From a virus: a DNA stretch of 64,000 nucleotides. Positions 17,653 through 27,310 of this stretch are shown here, piece by piece. Under the pieces are notes generated by a model. The model saw nothing but the letters and a program-made list of their open reading frames with translations, did no database searches and had not been told where the DNA came from. Both the position numbers and the translations under genes were made by a program. Location: positions 32,001 to 96,000 of the IMG/VR virus record IMGVR_UViG_3300042520_002054, one strand, 5' to 3'. Each line of letters begins with the position of its first letter. Position 1 is the stretch's first letter.

Positions 17653-18081
17653 ATGAGTATCCGTGTTGCATGTAAAAAACTTCACCCTGATGCTGTTATT
17701 CCTCAATACGCAAAAGCGGGTGATGCTGGACTAGATTTAGTAGCAACTAAAATTATAAATCAAGACAACCAGCAAGTTACATATGGTACAGATTTAGCTG
17801 TAGAAATACCTGAAGGTTATGTTGGTTTAATCTTTCCTCGAAGCTCTATACGTAAGTATGAGTTATCTCTTAGTAACTCTGTAGGAGTTATTGATAGTGG
17901 ATACCGTGGGGAGATTCAAGCAACCTTTAACACCAGATTTTATGGTGAAATTGTATACAAAAAAGGTGACAAAATTGCTCAGCTTGTAATTATTCCTTAT
18001 CCCCAAATTCTAATGTATGAATCAGATGAACTCTCAGAATCAGAACGGGGAACAGGTGGTTTCGGATCAACTGGTAACTAA
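17653..18081 (+). CDS. dut: dUTPase (trimeric)
   Basis: AGLDL, PRSS, GVIDSGYRGEI, RGTGGFGSTG. Confidence 0.97.
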   Translation: MSIRVACKKLHPDAVIPQYAKAGDAGLDLVATKIINQDNQQVTYGTDLAVEIPEGYVGLIFPRSSIRKYELSLSNSVGVIDSGYRGEIQATFNTRFYGEIVYKKGDKIAQLVIIPYPQILMYESDELSESERGTGGFGSTGN

Positions 18082-18448
18082 AGAATATACTGGACAGATA
18101 GAGATAAGAGACCTTAATATGGCTCTCTATCTCTATACTTTCCGGTACGGTAAACAGTTAATACAGGATCTTTATGTAGTTCTATCAAAGAAATTACATT
18201 GGGATAAACCAGACATTCTTGCAAGAATGATATTCTGCAGAATGGTACCACCTGAAGAACTATATTCTGATACAGGCTTTGGAATAAGCTTGGTAAGCTA
18301 TTTAAATGTAGATGTTAAAATAGTAATTAATTGTGAGCTTCAGATAGTAAGTGTATTCTCTAAAGGGAATAAAGCACCTGTATGGTCAGGAACTTTTCAA
18401 AAGTTTATTGATGAGTATACATTCCCTGAAGCTAAATTAGATTTGTAA
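18017..18448 (+). CDS. hypothetical protein (true start probably downstream)
   Basis: ORF overlapping the dut 3' end. Confidence 0.6.
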   Translation: MNQMNSQNQNGEQVVSDQLVTKEYTGQIEIRDLNMALYLYTFRYGKQLIQDLYVVLSKKLHWDKPDILARMIFCRMVPPEELYSDTGFGISLVSYLNVDVKIVINCELQIVSVFSKGNKAPVWSGTFQKFIDEYTFPEAKLDL

Positions 18449-18537
18449 AATATCAGTGATTACATATCTTCGGTGAAATAATAAGTGACCACACTTGTGA
18501 TTTTGTGAGATAGTAAACTGATTTTTAACATATTACC

Positions 18538-18566
18538 GTCGCGGGTTCGAGTCCCGTCCGGTCCGC
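18538..18566 (+). mobile_element. attP core matching the 3' end of a bacterial tRNA-Asp
   Basis: GTCGCGGGTTCGAGTCCCGTCCGGTCCGC is a T arm plus acceptor 3' strand with no 5' half, ~140 nt upstream of the integrase. Confidence 0.85.
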
Positions 18567-18600
18567 AAAGTATTGTAAATCAATACATTGCAGTTAAAAA

Positions 18601-18630
18601 ATGTCACAAATATTTAAAAAATTGTGACAT
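18601..18630. repeat. inverted repeat, candidate integrase arm or accessory-protein site
   Basis: ATGTCACAA-N12-TTGTGACAT; GTGACCAC (18485) and GTGGTCAC (18670) also flank the core. Confidence 0.55.
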
Positions 18631-18706
18631 CAGGTGTAAATATCAGTGTAAAAAACTGGTGTGATAAAAGTGGTCACGTATAAGTAAGTCACTAATACTT
18701 ACACAT

Positions 18707-19843
18707 ATGCAGATCACTTTTATCACAAGGCACCAAAGCAAAAAGTCGGGTCTTTCAACCTTGTATGCAAGAATCAGTTTTAGCTCAGAAATTGTAGAAA
18801 TTAAACTACTATTAAAAGCAGGTCCTAACTGGAAAACAGATATAGGAATTAACACTTATTTGAATAAAGTCAGAGAAGAGTTAAATGCTATTTATTATCA
18901 AATGAGCTTAAAGTCTTTACAGATTTCTCCAAAACTTATTAAAAGCGAGTTTGCTAAAAAGACTAAAGTTTATAGTCTATTTGAAGTCTATGACACTTTT
19001 GTTACTAAAATTATTGATTCCAGAATTAAACAGAATGAAATAACTCAGGTGGTAAAAAACAAATACACCTATACTAGAAATCATTTGCAAGATTTTATAG
19101 AATGTAATTTTAGAACAAGTGATATTCCTATCAAGAATATATCACCCCTATTTGTGTCAGATTTTGAAATATTTTTAAGACAGTTTTGTAACCATAACTC
19201 AGCTCTCAAACACTTACACAGGTTAAAATCTGTTGTAATGTATTCTATCAACATTATTAAGTGTTTAGATACAAATCCGTTTGAGCAAAAAATATTAAAA
19301 TTTCAGAAGAATAACCCTGTACATCTTACAATAGATGAGATTAATAAAATAAAAAATAAAAACTTATCTGATAGACTTGACAAAGTAAGAGATGTTTTTT
19401 TATTTCAATGTTATACAGGACTATCTTATAGTGATATTAAATCATTAACTATAGATAACATTGATCTTGATAAAAAGATTATTAGAAAATATAGGGTTAA
19501 AACAAATGTAGAAAGCGTAATCTTTTTGCTAGAACCTGCCTGGAAAATACTTAATAAGTATGATTACAAGCTGCCAATACCTACTAACCAGAAAATGAAT
19601 GCTTATCTAAAAGAGATAAGTACTATTTGTTATATATCAAAATCCTTAACTACTCATACTGCACGACATAGTTTTGCAACATTGTCGTTATCCAATGAAA
19701 TACCAATTAATGTTGTGTCAAAAATGATGGGACATACATCTATCAAATACACAGAACATTATGCAAAGACTTTAGATAATGATATTATAAAACATAACGA
19801 AAAAATGTCTAATCTATTTTCTGACAAATTTGGTTTAAACTAA
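18707..19843 (+). CDS. int: tyrosine integrase, Bacteroidota type
   Basis: N-terminal LYARI arm-binding region, FQCYTGLSYSD, HTARHSFAT, MMGH, TEHY catalytic Tyr. Confidence 0.92.
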   Translation: MQITFITRHQSKKSGLSTLYARISFSSEIVEIKLLLKAGPNWKTDIGINTYLNKVREELNAIYYQMSLKSLQISPKLIKSEFAKKTKVYSLFEVYDTFVTKIIDSRIKQNEITQVVKNKYTYTRNHLQDFIECNFRTSDIPIKNISPLFVSDFEIFLRQFCNHNSALKHLHRLKSVVMYSINIIKCLDTNPFEQKILKFQKNNPVHLTIDEINKIKNKNLSDRLDKVRDVFLFQCYTGLSYSDIKSLTIDNIDLDKKIIRKYRVKTNVESVIFLLEPAWKILNKYDYKLPIPTNQKMNAYLKEISTICYISKSLTTHTARHSFATLSLSNEIPINVVSKMMGHTSIKYTEHYAKTLDNDIIKHNEKMSNLFSDKFGLN

Positions 19844-19892
19844 ACAATTGTCTAAATTGTGTACAATTTGGATAACTAAAATGTATTTACTT

Positions 19893-20243
19893 ATGGCGAA
19901 AAAAAAGTTAAGTGAACAGCAATTGCACAAGATGGAATCTTTGCTAAGAGAAGGTAAAACACCAGAAGATTTATCCAACTATTTTGGAATAGCAATCAGT
20001 TCTATTCACAATTATAAGCGTATGCTTAAAGAAAAAGGTATTGAGTTACCTAATATTCGTGGTCAAAGACCTAAAGGTATTGAAATACCTAGCGAATCTA
20101 TTCAAAGCTTATCAGATCATGATAAAAACTCTATTCTATTACAGAGTTATATTCATCTTATAGTCAACCGCACCGATTTTTATGTGAAAGCAAGTGCAAA
20201 AACTATCAAAGTTGATGAAAATCAAATAAGTGTTGACTTTTAA
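19893..20243 (+). CDS. HTH DNA-binding protein (candidate regulator)
   Basis: LLREGKTPEDLSNYFGIAISSIHNY helix-turn-helix. Confidence 0.7.
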   Translation: MAKKKLSEQQLHKMESLLREGKTPEDLSNYFGIAISSIHNYKRMLKEKGIELPNIRGQRPKGIEIPSESIQSLSDHDKNSILLQSYIHLIVNRTDFYVKASAKTIKVDENQISVDF

Positions 20244-20262
20244 ACAATATAAAAATCTAAAG

Positions 20263-20294
20263 GAAACCGGTCAAATTACTGACCGGTTTTTTTA
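20263..20294 (+). terminator. intrinsic terminator closing the int cassette
   Basis: AAACCGGTCA..TGACCGGTTTTTTT. Confidence 0.8.
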
Positions 20295-20379
20295 TTAGCG
20301 ATATATTCCGTTTTTTGTAGAACTTAATGTATATTTGTTCTACAATATGGTTAACTTAGCTGTCATAATTCTGAGAATC

Positions 20380-20667
20380 ATGATAGTGAGTTTACCTAAT
20401 GGTAAAGTCGTTGAAATGAGTTTAGAGCAGTATCTCAGAATGACCGATGAAGATTTTCAATTCATGGTAGCTCAAAACTGGGGAGAGGAAGTTAACAATC
20501 CTTTTCATGGTTCTGTACTAGAAGATGGCGAATTCGCTGAAATTCCAATTCCTGAAACATTTGCTGAAGAAATTAGAATTGAAGATGAGTTCGAAGATCT
20601 TACCGACATCGATCCTTCTGAAAAACTCTCTGATGACGATTTCATTGACGATAACCTGGAAATATAA
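20380..20667 (+). CDS. acidic hypothetical protein
   Basis: LPNGKVVEMSLEQYL followed by a very acidic tail. Confidence 0.75.
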   Translation: MIVSLPNGKVVEMSLEQYLRMTDEDFQFMVAQNWGEEVNNPFHGSVLEDGEFAEIPIPETFAEEIRIEDEFEDLTDIDPSEKLSDDDFIDDNLEI

Positions 20668-20724
20668 TAAGCTAAAAATAAAAGCTTAACAATCAATGAA
20701 AACATTGATCAGGAACTCTTGTCT

Positions 20725-21138
20725 ATGATTCAACCTAAATTAAAAACTTGTGCTGGCTGCGGTGAACAAAAAGTTATATGGAAAAACTTTGAAGGAGATA
20801 AGTACTGCAAAGATTGTTGGTACCGTAAAGAAACTCCTAAGTTCCCTGCAAAGAGCAATATTAAATCTGTTTCAGATAAACGTAAACCCCTCGATGATTT
20901 ATATAGTGTTTTACGAAGAAAATTCTTATCCGAACCCGGAAGACAATGCTGTGCTGCTAAATTATCAGGTTGTCAGGGATGCGGACCAGAAATTCTTACA
21001 ATACACCATAAACGGGGACGAGGAAAATATTACCTCGACACATCTACCTGGGTTCAGTTATGTCTCAACTGTCACAAATGGGTAGAAGAGCATCCAAAAG
21101 AAGCAAAAGAATTAAACCTTTCCGAATCTAGAGTATAA
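20725..21138 (+). CDS. Zn-binding HNH-like nuclease
   Basis: CAGC, CKDC, IHHKRGRG, LCLNCHKWVE. Confidence 0.7.
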   Translation: MIQPKLKTCAGCGEQKVIWKNFEGDKYCKDCWYRKETPKFPAKSNIKSVSDKRKPLDDLYSVLRRKFLSEPGRQCCAAKLSGCQGCGPEILTIHHKRGRGKYYLDTSTWVQLCLNCHKWVEEHPKEAKELNLSESRV

Positions 21139-21161
21139 CAATTAATTTTTAAATCAAAACT

Positions 21162-21497
21162 ATGAGAACATTTGTAGGTTATTATTGCCTTGGTGCAACA
21201 TCTAAAGAAGATGCACTTGCAGAAAAAGGATTCTGTTTGTGGTATGAAGTAAAACCAAACAGTCTTCGTCGCTTTTTAATGTTGAAATTACTTGGATTTT
21301 TCTGGGTTGACAAAACTAGAACTGTTGGTGGTAATCAAGAGTCTAATGAAAAGTCTCAGAAAAATCTGCAAACTAATCCTGGACCTAAAAAACAACGTGG
21401 TCCACGTAAACAACCTGTAGCTCTTGCACAAACTCCAGTAGAAGAAGTTCAAGATGCTCCTGTAATTAAAAGAACTCCCCGACAACCAATCAGATAA
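21162..21497 (+). CDS. hypothetical protein
   Basis: ORF coupled (TAATG) to the helicase. Confidence 0.7.
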   Translation: MRTFVGYYCLGATSKEDALAEKGFCLWYEVKPNSLRRFLMLKLLGFFWVDKTRTVGGNQESNEKSQKNLQTNPGPKKQRGPRKQPVALAQTPVEEVQDAPVIKRTPRQPIR

Positions 21498-22600
21498 TGA
21501 ATAATCGCGAGACCATCCAGCAACAGGCTTTAGAATCTGTTGCTGGTAAAACTCGCAGCGGTCTTGGAATTTCTATGGGTGTAGGTAAAACTCTCATAGG
21601 ATTAAAACATATGAATGACTTGTATGTCAATCATGGATTGCGCAAATTCTTAGTTGTAGCACCCAAAAAGTCTATTTTTACGACTTGGGTTGATGACGCT
21701 AAGAAGTTTGCGCTTTTTCATTTAGAAGACTGTATGGAGTTTACTACATACTTAAGTCTTACTAAAAAAGATCACGCTGCGTATGATGCTATTTATCTAG
21801 ACGAATGTCACAGTCTACTTTATTCTCATGAGTTGTGGTTAGCAACTTTTGGTGGAATAATTTTAGGACTGACGGGTACACCTCCTCGTTTTAAAAACAG
21901 CGAGAAAGGGTACATGGTAGACCGCTTCTGCCCTATTGTATATACTTATATTACTGACGATGCTGTTGAAGACGGTATTTTAAATGACTATCGGATTATA
22001 ATTCATCCTATTGAGCTTTCTGATAGAAAAGATTATCTCGTTAAGACAACAAAAAAAGAATTTTACTCAAGCGAGAAAGCTAATTATGCTTACTGGTGCG
22101 AGAGAGTTCACAATGCTGTTGGTCCAAAAGATGAGCAGATTACAAGAATAATGAGAATGACTTCACTAATGGGGTATCCTGGTAAGATGCGTTATGCTAA
22201 AAGACTTCTTCAAACTATTGAAGGTAAGTGTTTAGTTTTCTGTAACACACAAGCTCAAGCGGATAGTATTTTACCAAACAGTTATCATAGTAATAACCAA
22301 TACAGTGAAGAAAATCTTATTGCATTTAAAACCGGTGAGATTGACAGATTAAGTTGTGTTCTTTCTCTTAACGAAGGTGTTAATATACCTGAACTACGAT
22401 CATGTATTATTATGCATGCTTATAGTAATGAGAGAAAAAGTACACAAAGAATAGGTCGACTATTACGTCTTAGTCCAGATGAAACAGCAACAATACATAT
22501 TCTTATGTATAAGAATACAATTGATGAAACCTGGGTTAACAAAGCATTAGAAGACTTAGATCCTACAAAAATCCAAATCTTAGAAAATACTTATGCATAA
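21497..22600 (+). CDS. SF2 DExH helicase
   Basis: MGVGKT, DECH, GLTGTP, EGVNIP, QRIGRLLR. Confidence 0.92.
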   Translation: MNNRETIQQQALESVAGKTRSGLGISMGVGKTLIGLKHMNDLYVNHGLRKFLVVAPKKSIFTTWVDDAKKFALFHLEDCMEFTTYLSLTKKDHAAYDAIYLDECHSLLYSHELWLATFGGIILGLTGTPPRFKNSEKGYMVDRFCPIVYTYITDDAVEDGILNDYRIIIHPIELSDRKDYLVKTTKKEFYSSEKANYAYWCERVHNAVGPKDEQITRIMRMTSLMGYPGKMRYAKRLLQTIEGKCLVFCNTQAQADSILPNSYHSNNQYSEENLIAFKTGEIDRLSCVLSLNEGVNIPELRSCIIMHAYSNERKSTQRIGRLLRLSPDETATIHILMYKNTIDETWVNKALEDLDPTKIQILENTYA

Positions 22601-22976
22601 CGAAATAATTCGATTTGCTATAAAAGAAGGACAGCTTGTACCAGCTAACTCTGTTGAGGAAGCAAAGTACAAGCTGTTCCTTAAAACGCTTCATGAAGGT
22701 GATACTATTGAAGCATTTATGAACTTGCATAAAGCAGATAAAACTTTAAGTCAAGTTGCATATGCACATGTCCTTATCCGTGAACTTGCCAACTACACAG
22801 GTCATTCATTTGAGGAAATGAAAGCACATGTAAAAGAAAAAACAGGATTGTATATAAAAACTCATGAAGGAAGAACTACTTATAAAAGTCTAGCAGACTG
22901 CTCTAAAGGAGAACTTTCTAATGTAATTGAAACCTGTTTACAAATTGGTAATGATATTGGATGCTACTTACGCTAA
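22593..22976 (+). CDS. NinB/YbcN-like recombination protein
   Basis: KTLSQVAYAH...ELANYTGHSFEEMK...KSLAD pattern. Confidence 0.55.
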   Translation: MHNEIIRFAIKEGQLVPANSVEEAKYKLFLKTLHEGDTIEAFMNLHKADKTLSQVAYAHVLIRELANYTGHSFEEMKAHVKEKTGLYIKTHEGRTTYKSLADCSKGELSNVIETCLQIGNDIGCYLR

Positions 22977-23291
22977 ATCTTCGTCGGTAGCATCTCGTAC
23001 AAAACCTTTTTCTTTTGCTAGTTTTTCAAACTCGTAGACAAAAATCAAACATGTTTCATAATGCTGTACCCAAGGAGTACTAATCTTTTGATTTTGGATT
23101 TCTTGATGCGCATTATTAATAATTTCCGCATCCAATTGACCTTCTTTCATAGCATTTTGATTGACAATAAACTCTGTCAAAGCAACCATGCGCGACTGAA
23201 AGCCGGCAGATATCTCCATAGATACAATAGCTGAGCTATCAATTACTTGAATTTTTTCCTCTTTTGGGTTTTGAGGTGTGGTTGTTTTCAT
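22968..23291 (-). CDS. hypothetical protein (isolated antisense gene)
   Basis: Fills the gap between plus-strand genes; has its own TACATTTG box upstream. Confidence 0.7.
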   Translation of the reverse strand: MKTTTPQNPKEEKIQVIDSSAIVSMEISAGFQSRMVALTEFIVNQNAMKEGQLDAEIINNAHQEIQNQKISTPWVQHYETCLIFVYEFEKLAKEKGFVRDATDEDLA

Positions 23292-23365
23292 ACATGTTTT
23301 TTATAAGTTCTACAAATGTAGCAATAAACGTATATAATATCAACTTATTATACAGAATTATAAAA

Positions 23366-24082
23366 ATGGCAACAACAAAACCAAACTGTGAAGAGATAGC
23401 TGAAAAGCTTTCTCAGAAACTTAAACAATCTGGCTGGTCAGACATACTAAAAAGCTTTCTGGTCAGCAATGAATTCAAAAATATTTTCTGCACTCTTGAA
23501 CAAACTGTTCAGGATGGTAACAGATTTACGCCACCATTAAAGGATGTTTTTCGTGCTTTTGAAGAGTGTCCTTATGACAAACTAAGGGTTGTCATTGTAG
23601 GTCAAGATCCGTACCCACAAATCGGTGTAGCTGATGGAATAGCTTTTTCTTGTTCTAAAACAGGGAAACCTGAAGCATCTTTGAGGTATATACAAGAAGC
23701 TATACAACGCACTGTATATCAAGATACTAAGATTGAACAATCACCAGATTTAGCTAGATGGTCTAACCAAGGTGTTTTAATGTTGAACACAGCTCTTACA
23801 ACAGAAGTTGGTAAGATAGGTCGACACTACGACATTTGGTATCCCTTCATTGTATTTCTCATAGATATACTTAACCACAAACGTAATGATATTACGTGGA
23901 TATTTATGGGGAAAAAAGCGGCAGAATTCGGGGATTTTCTCTTGTTTAATCCGAATAAACTATTTTGTTCCCATCCAGCTAGTGCTGCTTACGCTAAACA
24001 GCAGCAATGGGATTGCTCAGACGTATTCAACAAATGTAATCAATTACAAGAATCATCAGGACTACCACCAATAACCTGGTAA
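23366..24082 (+). CDS. ung: uracil-DNA glycosylase, family 1
   Basis: GQDPY, NQGVLMLN, SHPAS. Confidence 0.93.
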   Translation: MATTKPNCEEIAEKLSQKLKQSGWSDILKSFLVSNEFKNIFCTLEQTVQDGNRFTPPLKDVFRAFEECPYDKLRVVIVGQDPYPQIGVADGIAFSCSKTGKPEASLRYIQEAIQRTVYQDTKIEQSPDLARWSNQGVLMLNTALTTEVGKIGRHYDIWYPFIVFLIDILNHKRNDITWIFMGKKAAEFGDFLLFNPNKLFCSHPASAAYAKQQQWDCSDVFNKCNQLQESSGLPPITW

Positions 24083-24146
24083 TATTTTAGAGAATTTCTT
24101 GTTGTAGTTCTACATTTTGTATATCTTAGCAGTCCATTTACTATCC

Positions 24147-25136
24147 ATGAATAAACCAACATCGCTTCCTAGTGCATATAAACACATTAGTGTAGGATAT
24201 GCGGAAGCACTCGATCACATTTATAAAAGAAAGATCGGTGAAGTACGATCTCTAGTAACCCCATGGAAAAGATTTAACAATGCCATCATGGGAGGACTTG
24301 ATTGGAACACAATCAACGTCATTGCAGGAAGACCAGGTTCAGGTAAAACCCTGATGTCTTCAATTATTTCACGTCAAGCATTTAATCTTAATCCTAAAGA
24401 CAAGATTGCTGTATTAGACTTTCAATTTGAGATGCTTACAAGAACTAGTGCTCAACGAGAACTCGCTGGTGCATTAAGTAAAAGTATGCATGAATTGAAT
24501 AGTGTGGGTTACGCTTTGTCTGATGCAGATTTTGAAGCAGCTCGTAGATATGTCGCATCTATTCCAAAAGATTTACCAATTTATTCTGTTGAAAAACCAC
24601 AGACAGTAGCTGGTATCAAGGAAGCAGTGCGTATATATGCTGAACATATGCCAGATAGAAAAATAATTATAACCTTAGACCATACTCTTCTTGTAAAAGG
24701 AAGTTCTGAAGAACGTTCTGTTACAGATAAACTGTATGGATTAGGTGAAGCTCTTACCGAACTAAAACGAACTTATAACTGCATGTTTATTGTCCTTACT
24801 CAGATGAATAGGGATATTGAAGGTGTAGAACGAAGAAAACCTCGAAGTGCTGGAAACTTTCCAACACCTAGTGATGTGTTTGGTTCAGATGCTTTACTGC
24901 AACATGCAGACACCTTAATTGCAATTAACAGACCTGCAGATTTCAACATATTTGAATATGGCGCACCTGGTTTTGTTATTCATGACAAAAACGTAATGGC
25001 TGTGCATATATTAAAATCACGTAACTCTGAAACAGGTATGCTTTGGTTTTTAGGTGAGTTTAAAAAAATGAACTTACTAGAACTAGAAGAAACACACCCT
25101 TATTACCCCGTATCCACAGTACCAATTAAAAAGTAA
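24147..25136 (+). CDS. dnaB: DnaB-like replicative helicase
   Basis: GRPGSGKT, FQFEM, LDH, LTQMNR, SDALLQHAD, KSR. Confidence 0.9.
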   Translation: MNKPTSLPSAYKHISVGYAEALDHIYKRKIGEVRSLVTPWKRFNNAIMGGLDWNTINVIAGRPGSGKTLMSSIISRQAFNLNPKDKIAVLDFQFEMLTRTSAQRELAGALSKSMHELNSVGYALSDADFEAARRYVASIPKDLPIYSVEKPQTVAGIKEAVRIYAEHMPDRKIIITLDHTLLVKGSSEERSVTDKLYGLGEALTELKRTYNCMFIVLTQMNRDIEGVERRKPRSAGNFPTPSDVFGSDALLQHADTLIAINRPADFNIFEYGAPGFVIHDKNVMAVHILKSRNSETGMLWFLGEFKKMNLLELEETHPYYPVSTVPIKK

Positions 25137-25139
25137 AGT

Positions 25140-25700
25140 ATGTATTCAACACCATTATCTGAAGAAAAACCTACTTACACAAAACCAGATTCTGAAGTAA
25201 GAATCGAAAAAACGAAAGCAATTAAAGATTTTTGGAAGGAAGCTTTAGTTGCTACTACATTCAAAGGAATGTATGTTGTCCCAAAAGTATTATACAAACC
25301 TTCCGGTAAAAGCTATGATGTAATTAGCTGTTATGCAACCGAGCTATCTAAAGGTGATATGCTTGTAGAGTACGTCAATTTTCAATATGACGTAATTGAT
25401 GAAGATAGGACACTATACTTGCTAAGGTATAATCCAAACTTCGAGAGTGAATATGAAGATCGTGGTAATGGTAGTTTTACCATTAAAGCGGAAAAATTAC
25501 AGAAAGTTGTAAGCTACAATGATTTACGTAGTGCTTCTACTGAAAGAACAGAAGAAGAAGTTGCAACTTTTTTAGAACAAGGTGAGCAAGAGGATGCTAA
25601 TTTTAACAAGCTTACTGTACGTGACTTGTATGCAATTATCCAAAACAAACCTGTTTCTAACAAACCTTGGTTAAATAAGGTCATTTTGAAAAACAAATAG
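25140..25700 (+). CDS. conserved replication-module hypothetical protein
   Basis: ORF between DnaB and Sak4-like genes; C-terminal KPVSNKPWLN. Confidence 0.8.
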   Translation: MYSTPLSEEKPTYTKPDSEVRIEKTKAIKDFWKEALVATTFKGMYVVPKVLYKPSGKSYDVISCYATELSKGDMLVEYVNFQYDVIDEDRTLYLLRYNPNFESEYEDRGNGSFTIKAEKLQKVVSYNDLRSASTERTEEEVATFLEQGEQEDANFNKLTVRDLYAIIQNKPVSNKPWLNKVILKNK

Positions 25701-25701
25701 T

Positions 25702-26487
25702 ATGACAGCAACGACAGAAGCAAAAAGACCAGCAGCTGTTTCTGCGCCGGGAATTGTACTCCCGACAAAGAAATCACCAGCACTAACTAAAAGTCCTAAG
25801 ACACTTGTGATTTTTAGTAAACCAAAAGTTGGTAAGACAAGCTTGCTTGCAGGACTTGAGAACTGTTTAATTCTCGACTTAGAGAATGGAACAGATTACT
25901 TAGAAGCTATGAAGCTAAAAGTAAGTTCTGCGCAAGACATCAAACCAATTGTATCAGCAATTATTGAAGCGGGTAAACCGTACAAATACATTGCTATTGA
26001 CACAATCACAGCACTAGAAGACATGTGTATTCCGGTAGCTGAGCGATTGTACAGTGATTCACCAATGGGTAAAAATTGGTTTACAGAAGGAAAACCAAAA
26101 TATGGTTCTATTCTAAACCTACCCAATGGTGCAGGATATCCCTGGTTGCGTGAAGCATTTACCAGAGCTATTGAACTCATCCGTCACGCTGCGGATAATA
26201 TCATTCTAATAGGTCATATTAAAGACACTCTATTAGAAAAAAATGGAGCTGAATTTTCAGCACTAGACTTAGACTTAACAGGAAAATTGAAACGCATCAC
26301 AACATCAAATGCTGATGCAATAGGTTACCTGTATCGTAAAGGAGACAAAAACTTTTTAAGTTTCAAAACAACAGATGAAATCAGTTGTGGTGCTCGACCT
26401 GAGCATTTGCGTAACAAAGAGTTTGTAATCTCTGAAGTAACAGATAGTGGGCTTGTCACTCACTGGAACGAAATATACATCGACTAA
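25702..26487 (+). CDS. Sak4-like AAA_24 ATPase (recombination)
   Basis: SKPKVGKT, LDLENG, IDTIT, LIGH, ADAIGY. Confidence 0.85.
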   Translation: MTATTEAKRPAAVSAPGIVLPTKKSPALTKSPKTLVIFSKPKVGKTSLLAGLENCLILDLENGTDYLEAMKLKVSSAQDIKPIVSAIIEAGKPYKYIAIDTITALEDMCIPVAERLYSDSPMGKNWFTEGKPKYGSILNLPNGAGYPWLREAFTRAIELIRHAADNIILIGHIKDTLLEKNGAEFSALDLDLTGKLKRITTSNADAIGYLYRKGDKNFLSFKTTDEISCGARPEHLRNKEFVISEVTDSGLVTHWNEIYID

Positions 26488-26518
26488 ACTAAACATTTAA
26501 CTTTAAATAATAAAAACC

Positions 26519-27250
26519 ATGAATTTCAGAATTGACGATTTTGACGTAAACAAAGATCTCAACCAGTCAGGTGGAAACAGTAATTCACCACTTCTTGAAC
26601 CAGGTACTCACCAAGTTCGTTTGGTAGACATGTACTTGAAAACACCAGGTTATGATGCAAAAAAGGAAAAGTATGAACTTATCCTAGTTCTAGAAGGACC
26701 TAATATGGGACCTGATTTTAAAGGATGGTTGAAAGATCCTATGAATCCTAGTCGTGGAAGCTTTGAAGGTAAAAGTGCAAATGTCAAGCATGACTTCTGG
26801 GCATTTAGTACATACACCAATAAGCGTGGTGAAAATGTAGATCGTGACCAACAGATTTTCCGTTGGGTAAATTCGTTTGCATTTTACATTGGTAAAATGG
26901 AAGCATTGCGTGCAGCAAATATTGATGAAGCTACTATTGAAGACTATGTAGCAGCAGCAAAAAATGTTTTAGCTGATGTAAATCACTGGTTCTACGCAAC
27001 AGTTGCTGGACAGCAGTACAAGAACAAAAATGGTTATGACGCATTTACATTGTTCTTTCCTAAACCTACTAAGCTTCAGCAACCTTATGCATACTCACCT
27101 GATGGTGACATGCCTGGAAATATTCTTGCGTTTAATCCTGAAGAACACATTACTGTTAAAAAAGAGCGTGAAGCTGAACCATTGTCTGATGGTTTTAGCG
27201 TAAATGGTAGTTATGCACCAGCAAATGGTTTTAACGACTTGTCACTCTAA
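26519..27250 (+). CDS. putative ssDNA-binding protein
   Basis: Follows the Sak4-like gene; LEPGTH beta start and flexible tail ending DLSL (inference). Confidence 0.55.
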   Translation: MNFRIDDFDVNKDLNQSGGNSNSPLLEPGTHQVRLVDMYLKTPGYDAKKEKYELILVLEGPNMGPDFKGWLKDPMNPSRGSFEGKSANVKHDFWAFSTYTNKRGENVDRDQQIFRWVNSFAFYIGKMEALRAANIDEATIEDYVAAAKNVLADVNHWFYATVAGQQYKNKNGYDAFTLFFPKPTKLQQPYAYSPDGDMPGNILAFNPEEHITVKKEREAEPLSDGFSVNGSYAPANGFNDLSL

Positions 27251-27267
27251 TTTTTAACTGATAGTAA

Positions 27268-27302
27268 AATGGGGTGTAGTTAACGCTGCACCCCATTATT
27301 TT
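27268..27302 (+). terminator. intrinsic terminator
   Basis: AATGGGGTGTAG..CTGCACCCCATTATTTT. Confidence 0.7.
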
Positions 27303-27310
27303 ATAATTGT

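Noticed and set aside
18538-18566. Functional tRNA gene
   Set aside because: Only the T arm and acceptor 3' strand are present, and upstream DNA cannot form D or anticodon arms. Better explained as attP.
23304-23323. Cas12a-like repeat or solitary CRISPR repeat (TAAGTTCTACAAATGTAGCA)
   Set aside because: Single imperfect copy, fully explained by the AGTTCTACA motif overlapping a TAnnTTTG box. No regularly spaced array or cas gene in the window.
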